DNA of 64,000 bases from an uncultured Actinomycetota bacterium (GTDB lineage: Bacteria > Actinomycetota > Actinomycetes > Actinomycetales > Demequinaceae), in contig CAVTJA010000008.1 of assembly GCA_963735005.1 (NCBI GenBank), positions 42,829 through 106,828 of the forward strand, read 5' to 3'. How positions within the stretch are numbered: position 1 is the first letter of the stretch; every line of letters begins with the position of its first letter. The notes below the pieces were generated by a model. The model saw only the letters and a program-made list of their open reading frames with translations, did no database searches and was not told where the DNA came from. Shown here in pieces: positions 58,848-64,000 of the stretch. A program made the translations under genes and the position numbers.

Positions 58848-59732
58848 CTACAGCGAGTAGCGTCCCCGCCCCTGCTCCGCCTCGCGCACCAGCCCGTCAT
58901 CCACGAGCGACTCCAGGCACGCGTCAAGCTGTCCCGGCTCGACGTCCGCGAGCTCCGCGCGACCGGCGATCGCCACCGGCGCGTCCGCCGCGCGCAGGAT
59001 CGCCATGATGCGCCCCCGCACCTGCCTGTCCGTTCCGTGCCACGGCTGGCTCCTGCGCGGCGCATCGGCCAGGCCGGGCTTGCCCACGGCGAGCCAAGCA
59101 CACGCGTTGGCAACGGGGCACTCATCGCAGCGGGGCGCGCGCGCCGTGCACACGAGCGCGCCAAGCTCCATCGCGGCGACGTTCCAGCGCGCGGCCTTAG
59201 CGGCGTCCTGCGGGACGAGCCGCTCCGCACGCTCGCGTTCACGCACCGTCATGTGCCCCGGCGGCAGAGGCGATCCGCCCCATACCCGCGCGATCACCCG
59301 CCGCACGTTGGTGTCGAGCACCACGGCGCGGCTGCCGAAGCCAAACGCGGCGACCGCCGCCGCCGTGTACTCGCCGACGCCGGGGAGGGCCAGTAGTTCA
59401 ACCTCACTTGAGGGCACCTCGCCGCCGTGGTCGGCGACGATGGCGGCGGCACAGTCGCGCAGCCGCTTGGCCCTGCGCGGGTAGCCAAGCCTGCCCCAGG
59501 CGCGTAGCACGTCAGCCTGGTCGGCGGCGGCCAGCGCGGCCGGGGTGGGCCAGCGCTCCATCCATGTCGCCCAGGCGGGCGCCACGCGGGACACGGGCGT
59601 CTGCTGCAGCATCACCTCGCTCACCAGCACGCCCCACGGGGTCGCGCCAGAGCGCCACGGCAGGTCGCGGCCGTTCGCGTCGAACCACGCCCCGATTCGC
59701 TCGACGACGGCGTCATCGGACTTGTGCGGCAT
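58848..59732 (-). CDS. mutY: A/G-specific adenine DNA glycosylase
   Basis: Starts at the ATG at 59732. It has LPWR..ATPWGVLVSEVMLQQT, HhH LPGVGEYTAAAV and Fe-S cluster motif CTARAPRCDECPVANAC. Confidence 0.88.
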   Translation of the reverse strand: MPHKSDDAVVERIGAWFDANGRDLPWRSGATPWGVLVSEVMLQQTPVSRVAPAWATWMERWPTPAALAAADQADVLRAWGRLGYPRRAKRLRDCAAAIVADHGGEVPSSEVELLALPGVGEYTAAAVAAFGFGSRAVVLDTNVRRVIARVWGGSPLPPGHMTVRERERAERLVPQDAAKAARWNVAAMELGALVCTARAPRCDECPVANACAWLAVGKPGLADAPRRSQPWHGTDRQVRGRIMAILRAADAPVAIAGRAELADVEPGQLDACLESLVDDGLVREAEQGRGRYSL

Positions 59733-59786
59733 GGCTCCAGTGTTCCAGGAGCCACGCGCGTTAACGTGAACTAGCGGAGGTGGATC

Positions 59787-60410
59787 GTGCAAGGAGTCAC
59801 GCGCCCGGTGGGCGAATTGCCCCCGGAGATTTACTGGCGGCGGCGAGTCGTCGCCATCAGCCTGCTCGTGCTCGCGGTGCTGGTGCTCTTCTACCTGGTG
59901 CGCCCGCTCTTCAGCGGCGGCGACCCGAAGCCCACGGACACTACCCCGGCGGCCGCGCCCGACGCCACCGTGACACCTACCGTCACCACCGCCGCGACTG
60001 ACCCGACCGTGACCGCGGCGTGCAAGCCGATCGACGTGAGCGTCGAGATCACGCCCACGCCCTACACGTTCAAGAAGAACTCGATCCCGCAGTTCGACGT
60101 GAAGTTTGTGCACACCGGCTTCACGCCGTGCGTGCTCACCATCGAGGACGGCGCGGGCAGCCTGCTCATCACGAGCGGCAGCGACCGGATCTGGAGTAGC
60201 GGCGACTGCCCGGGCAGCAATCTGCTCAAGCCGCGCAACGCGGTCATGTCGCCCGACGACACGATCAGCGCCACGGTGTCCTGGCCGCGCATCCGCTCGG
60301 ACAGCAGCTGCTCGGCGACGCTGCCGACGCCCAAGGCCGGCTTCTACCACGCGGTGCTCAAGGTGGCGGGACTCGAGAGCAACGACGCGATGTTCGAGCT
60401 CAAGAACTAA
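59787..60410 (+). CDS. hypothetical N-terminally anchored secreted protein with four Cys
   Basis: GTG at 59787 follows GGAGGTGG. It has a TM helix VVAISLLVLAVLVLFYLV, a T/P/A linker and a beta-rich domain. Confidence 0.7.
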   Translation: MQGVTRPVGELPPEIYWRRRVVAISLLVLAVLVLFYLVRPLFSGGDPKPTDTTPAAAPDATVTPTVTTAATDPTVTAACKPIDVSVEITPTPYTFKKNSIPQFDVKFVHTGFTPCVLTIEDGAGSLLITSGSDRIWSSGDCPGSNLLKPRNAVMSPDDTISATVSWPRIRSDSSCSATLPTPKAGFYHAVLKVAGLESNDAMFELKN

Positions 60411-61780
60411 CTGCGCGGCGGCAGTGCCAGCGTGACCGCCTGGGCGATGGTCGAGGCCTCGTGCACGCGGATGCCGCCCTTGGCGGTCACCTGAGAACCG
60501 GCGGGCACGAGAATGTCGGTGAATCCGAGCCGCGCGGCCTCGCCCACGCGCTGGCTGATGCCCTGCACGGGGCGGATCTCGCCGCTGAGCGCGACCTCCC
60601 CCACGGCCGCGAACCCGGGTTTGAGCGGCGTCTCAATGCGCGCGCTCGCGAGCGCAAGGGCGAGTGCGAGGTCCGCTGCGGGCTCGGTCACCCGCGCCCC
60701 GCCGACGGTGGCGACGTAGACGTCCTCGGTGCCGACGGCGAGGCCCGCGCGGCGCTGCAGCACCGCGAGAATCATCGCGACGCGGCTGGCGTCGATGCCC
60801 GAGGTGGCGCGCCTGGGGTTCGCGAGCGCGCTGGGCGCTACGAGCGCCTGGATTTCGGCCGGTAGCGGCCGCTTGCCATCGATGGTGACCGTGGGGCACG
60901 TGCCAGCCACCTGCCGATCCCCGCTGGACAGGAACAACCCGGAAGGGTCGGACACTTCCTCAATCCCGGCGTCCGTGAGCGCGAAGCACCCGACCTCGTC
61001 CACGTTGCCGTACCTGTTCTTGACCGCGCGCAGGAGGCGCAGCGTTGAATGCTGCTCACCCTCGAAGGTGCACACCACGTCCACCAGGTGCTCGACGATG
61101 CGCGGCCCTGCCACCGAGCCGTCCTTGGTGACGTGGCCCACGAGCACGGTGGGGATGCCCTCTCGCTTGGCGGCCTGGATGAGCGCCGATGCGACCTCAC
61201 GCACCTGGCTCACGCCGCCGGGCGTCCCCTCGATTTGGGCAGACGCGATGGTCTGGATGGAGTCCACGAGCAGCAGGCTTGGCCGCACGGATTCGACGTG
61301 CGCGAGCACGGCGCCAAGATCGGTCTCGGCTGCGAGTAGCAGCGACGGGTGCACGGAGCCGATGCGGTCCGCGCGTAGCCGTACCTGGCCGGCGGACTCC
61401 TCGCCAGACACGTACAGCACAGTGCCGCCGGCCGCGGCGGCCTTGCCCGCGACGTCCAGCAGCAAGGTGGACTTGCCGACGCCAGGCTCGCCAGCGAGAA
61501 GCACCACGGCCCCGGCGACGAACCCGCCGCCGAGCACCCGGTCGAGCTCGGCCACACCAGTGCCGCTGCGTCGCGCCGAATCCCCGGACACCTCGCTGAT
61601 GGGGCGCGCGGGTTCGCGCACAGCGGTGGCGCTGGTCGCAGGGCCCGCTGCGGCGGCCCCAAGCTCCACGACGGTGCCCCACGCCTGGCACTCTCCGCAC
61701 CGGCCCACCCACTTTGACGCGGTCCATCCGCACTCGGTGCAGTGATACGCCGGCCGTGCCTTCTTGGTGGTGGTCGCCAT
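60407..61780 (-). CDS. radA: DNA repair protein RadA
   Basis: Zinc finger CTECGW..CGEC, Walker A GEPGVGKST, VKNRYG and a Lon-like C-terminal domain. Confidence 0.95.
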   Translation of the reverse strand: MATTTKKARPAYHCTECGWTASKWVGRCGECQAWGTVVELGAAAAGPATSATAVREPARPISEVSGDSARRSGTGVAELDRVLGGGFVAGAVVLLAGEPGVGKSTLLLDVAGKAAAAGGTVLYVSGEESAGQVRLRADRIGSVHPSLLLAAETDLGAVLAHVESVRPSLLLVDSIQTIASAQIEGTPGGVSQVREVASALIQAAKREGIPTVLVGHVTKDGSVAGPRIVEHLVDVVCTFEGEQHSTLRLLRAVKNRYGNVDEVGCFALTDAGIEEVSDPSGLFLSSGDRQVAGTCPTVTIDGKRPLPAEIQALVAPSALANPRRATSGIDASRVAMILAVLQRRAGLAVGTEDVYVATVGGARVTEPAADLALALALASARIETPLKPGFAAVGEVALSGEIRPVQGISQRVGEAARLGFTDILVPAGSQVTAKGGIRVHEASTIAQAVTLALPPRS

Positions 61781-61858
61781 GACTGCAAGGTAGCCCGTAC
61801 GTCAGACAGCGGACGCGCAATCCCGCTCGCGCGTCGCCAAGCAACTACGCTGGGCCTC

Positions 61859-63025
61859 ATGGCGACCACACCGCGCGACGCAACGCCCCAGCGCGTCGCC
61901 GTGCCCGCCAAGGATCTGTTTGACCAGGAACAGACGGCTGTGCCGAGCCCGCTCACCCGCCCTGTCGCCACCGCGCCAAGCGCGGACGAGACCTTCCCGC
62001 CCTCCGGCTCCATCCCCATCGTCCCGGCGCCTCATTCCAAGGACGACGCACAGCGGCCGCCCGAGCCCCGGGATCCGATTCGCGCGCTTGGCGACGCGGC
62101 CGTCGCGGGCGCCGTGTCGGGGCGTGGCGTGTTCAGCCCGTCACGCAACGTCTCGCCACCGCCAGGTGCGCCAAACGCCAGGCCCGAGGCCGCAAAGCCC
62201 AAGACCGATCCCGCCACCGGCGATGTGCCCACGTCCCCGGCCAAGGAAGCGGACAAGGACGCCACCTCCCACGCGAAGCACCACGGCCCGCAACACACGG
62301 CCCAGGAGGACGCTGGCGGCGGCAAGCCCCCCAAGCCCCCCAAGCGCCCCGCGAAGGACCGCGACCGCCCGGTGCCGTTCTTCCGGAGGCTGGGCACCCT
62401 GATCGTGATCGGGCTGCTCGTGTCTGCGGGGGCGGTTGCGTACTACGCGGCCTACGTCGCCGAGGCGCCCGTGTTCAACCTGGCGCCGCGCGTCGTCAAT
62501 ATCCCGCTCCCCACGCCCGCGATCGACCCGATCGCGATCGACAGCGACTCCGAGTTCGCGACCGGCCTGCCCGTCGCCACCCTTGACTACGCACTCACCA
62601 GCTACGAGGAGATGACGCTCACGCAGCGCTTCGAGTGGGCAGGGCGCGCCGCCGAGGGCTGGGTCCTGACGTACGGCGACGGCGCGGGCGGCGAGATGAC
62701 GGTGACGGCGTATCAGCACTATGACGTCGACGCGGCGATTGCAGCGTTCGAGAAGGTCGCGCCGCCGTCGCCCGACGAGGTGTCCGCGACGCCCGGCCCA
62801 GACGACCCGGCCGCGGTACCGCCAGTGGAGCGCCAGGACGTCCACGTGGGCGACCAGGTGGTCGGCGAGAGCGTCAAGACGATCATCCCCGCGCAGGCCG
62901 CGACGGAGACAGCGCCGGCAACCCCCGAGCGCGCGCAGATTATGTGGCGGAACGGCACGGCGGTGTTCATCATGGTGGCCGACCCAGCGTTGATCGACGA
63001 TCTCTTTACGGAGTACGGGGTCTAG
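61859..63025 (+). CDS. hypothetical protein: Pro/Lys-rich cytoplasmic N-terminus, one TM helix, extracytoplasmic domain
   Basis: Starts at the ATG at 61859. The helix is LGTLIVIGLLVSAGAVAYYAAYV. No family was recognised. Confidence 0.6.
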   Translation: MATTPRDATPQRVAVPAKDLFDQEQTAVPSPLTRPVATAPSADETFPPSGSIPIVPAPHSKDDAQRPPEPRDPIRALGDAAVAGAVSGRGVFSPSRNVSPPPGAPNARPEAAKPKTDPATGDVPTSPAKEADKDATSHAKHHGPQHTAQEDAGGGKPPKPPKRPAKDRDRPVPFFRRLGTLIVIGLLVSAGAVAYYAAYVAEAPVFNLAPRVVNIPLPTPAIDPIAIDSDSEFATGLPVATLDYALTSYEEMTLTQRFEWAGRAAEGWVLTYGDGAGGEMTVTAYQHYDVDAAIAAFEKVAPPSPDEVSATPGPDDPAAVPPVERQDVHVGDQVVGESVKTIIPAQAATETAPATPERAQIMWRNGTAVFIMVADPALIDDLFTEYGV

Positions 63026-63027
63026 TC

Positions 63028-63636
63028 GTGGCGGTGCCGAACCCTCGCCCACGCGGCCCCCGCGGGGCGGATGCCGACACGCGCGAGGACATCAAGGCGG
63101 CGGCGCTCGAACTGTTCGCGGCTCATGGATACGAGGGCGCGTCGCTACGGGCCATCGCGCGCGAGGCCGGGGTGGATCCAGCGCTCGTGCGACACTACTT
63201 CGAGAGCAAATCCGAGCTGTTCGTGGCGTCCATGGGGCCGCTCGACCAGATCGTGAGTCGCACCCAGTTCATCCTCGCCGGCGAGCGCGACACGGTGGGC
63301 GAGCGTATCGTGCGGGCGTTTCTTGCCGTGTGGGGCTCTGACGAGTACGGCCCGCGCCTCAAGGCGATCCTGCGCACTGCCGTCACCAACCCCGAGATCG
63401 CGACCGTCGCCAAGCGGATGATCCTGGAACAACTGTTCCTGGTGGTCGCGCGCGGGGTGCCCGACGCCGGGGTGCCGGAGGTGGACCGCGCGGCGGCGAC
63501 GGCGAGCCAGATGATCGGCCTCGGGGTTACCCGCTACATCCTGGGACTTGAGCCGGTGGCGTCCATGACGGACGACGAGGTCGTGGCGCAGTTCGCGCCG
63601 GCGGTGCAGAAGGCAATGGCGCCAACTGCCACATAG
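63028..63636 (+). CDS. TetR/AcrR family transcriptional regulator
   Basis: HTH REDIKAAALELFAAHGYEGASLRAIAREAGVDPALVRHYFESK. Starts at the GTG at 63028. Confidence 0.88.
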   Translation: MAVPNPRPRGPRGADADTREDIKAAALELFAAHGYEGASLRAIAREAGVDPALVRHYFESKSELFVASMGPLDQIVSRTQFILAGERDTVGERIVRAFLAVWGSDEYGPRLKAILRTAVTNPEIATVAKRMILEQLFLVVARGVPDAGVPEVDRAAATASQMIGLGVTRYILGLEPVASMTDDEVVAQFAPAVQKAMAPTAT

Positions 63637-63675
63637 CGGTTGACAGTTCCGCAACCCAGGAGGAGGATTCCTCAC

Positions 63676-64000
63676 ATGAGGAAAAACAACCACCCGGCGA
63701 TCTCCATCGCCAACCTGCGCGTCATCCGCGGGGGCAAGGAGGTCATCCCTGACCTCTCCCTCGAAGTGCCGCGCGGCGCCCTCGTGGGCCTTCTGGGCCC
63801 GTCCGGTCACGGCAAGTCCACTCTGATGCGCTGCATCGTCGGAGCGCAAATCATCGCAGGGGGCACCGTCACGGTGCTCGGCGAGGAGGCCGGCACGGCC
63901 CCGCTTCGCCACCGCGTGGGCTACGTGACGCAGGATCCGTCCGTGTACGCGGACCTCACCGCCCGAGAAAACCTCGAGTACTTCGCTGCCCTGCTTGGCG
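63676..64000 (+). CDS. ABC transporter ATP-binding protein, N-terminal fragment (3' end outside window)
   Basis: ATG at 63676 follows AGGAGGA. Walker A is GPSGHGKST. The frame is open to the window end and the ORF is absent from the track. Confidence 0.85.
   Translation, partial: MRKNNHPAISIANLRVIRGGKEVIPDLSLEVPRGALVGLLGPSGHGKSTLMRCIVGAQIIAGGTVTVLGEEAGTAPLRHRVGYVTQDPSVYADLTARENLEYFAALLG

Noticed and set aside
63640-63645. TTGACA hexamer between the TetR gene and the terminal ABC ATPase gene, as a possible promoter.
   Set aside because: It lies only about 30 nt from the ATG with the RBS in between, and there is no convincing -10 at proper spacing. The evidence is insufficient.

Overview
This is a 64-kb stretch of a very GC-rich actinobacterial chromosome. 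The gene order resembles Micrococcales and Mycobacterium; the exact taxon cannot be determined from sequence alone.

Most of the window is conserved housekeeping backbone:
- The dnaK-grpE-dnaJ-hspR operon with two HAIR operators.
- Class Ia nrdA-nrdB with candidate NrdR boxes.
- upp, tadA, two tRNA-Ser genes, SRP RNA, dnaX and recR.
- lysC-asd, tRNA-Pro, a class A PBP plus metallophosphoesterase, crp and nth.
- nhaA, glnR, ygfZ, dtd, clpC1, mutY and radA.
- Four ABC transporter loci (two of them partial at the window edges), two TetR-family regulators, one Lrp/AsnC regulator and one VapBC pair.

No CRISPR array, transposase, integrase or recognisable defence island was seen. The parts I cannot explain with known families are listed below.
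1. A head-to-tail array of four DUF2510-type single-pass membrane paralogues (406-3781).
2. A 918-aa single polypeptide that fuses an ECF sigma factor, a zinc-binding anti-sigma motif, a membrane segment and a large ectodomain (13272-16028). It sits divergent from a degenerate GGDEF-like gene.
3. A tandemly duplicated two-gene cassette, small anchored protein plus large polytopic membrane protein (33015-37271). All four genes are joined by ATGA overlaps.
4. A roughly 500-bp dtd-clpC1 spacer built almost entirely from three unrelated tandem-repeat families (50850-51254).
5. A base-perfect 53-bp hairpin-forming repeat that precedes two divergent paralogous secreted proteins downstream of clpC1.

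Two genes read as frameshifted: the normally essential asd, and the second secreted paralogue. Both need read-level verification.

Many long ORFs in the six-frame track are alternate-frame artefacts of high GC content and were not called.
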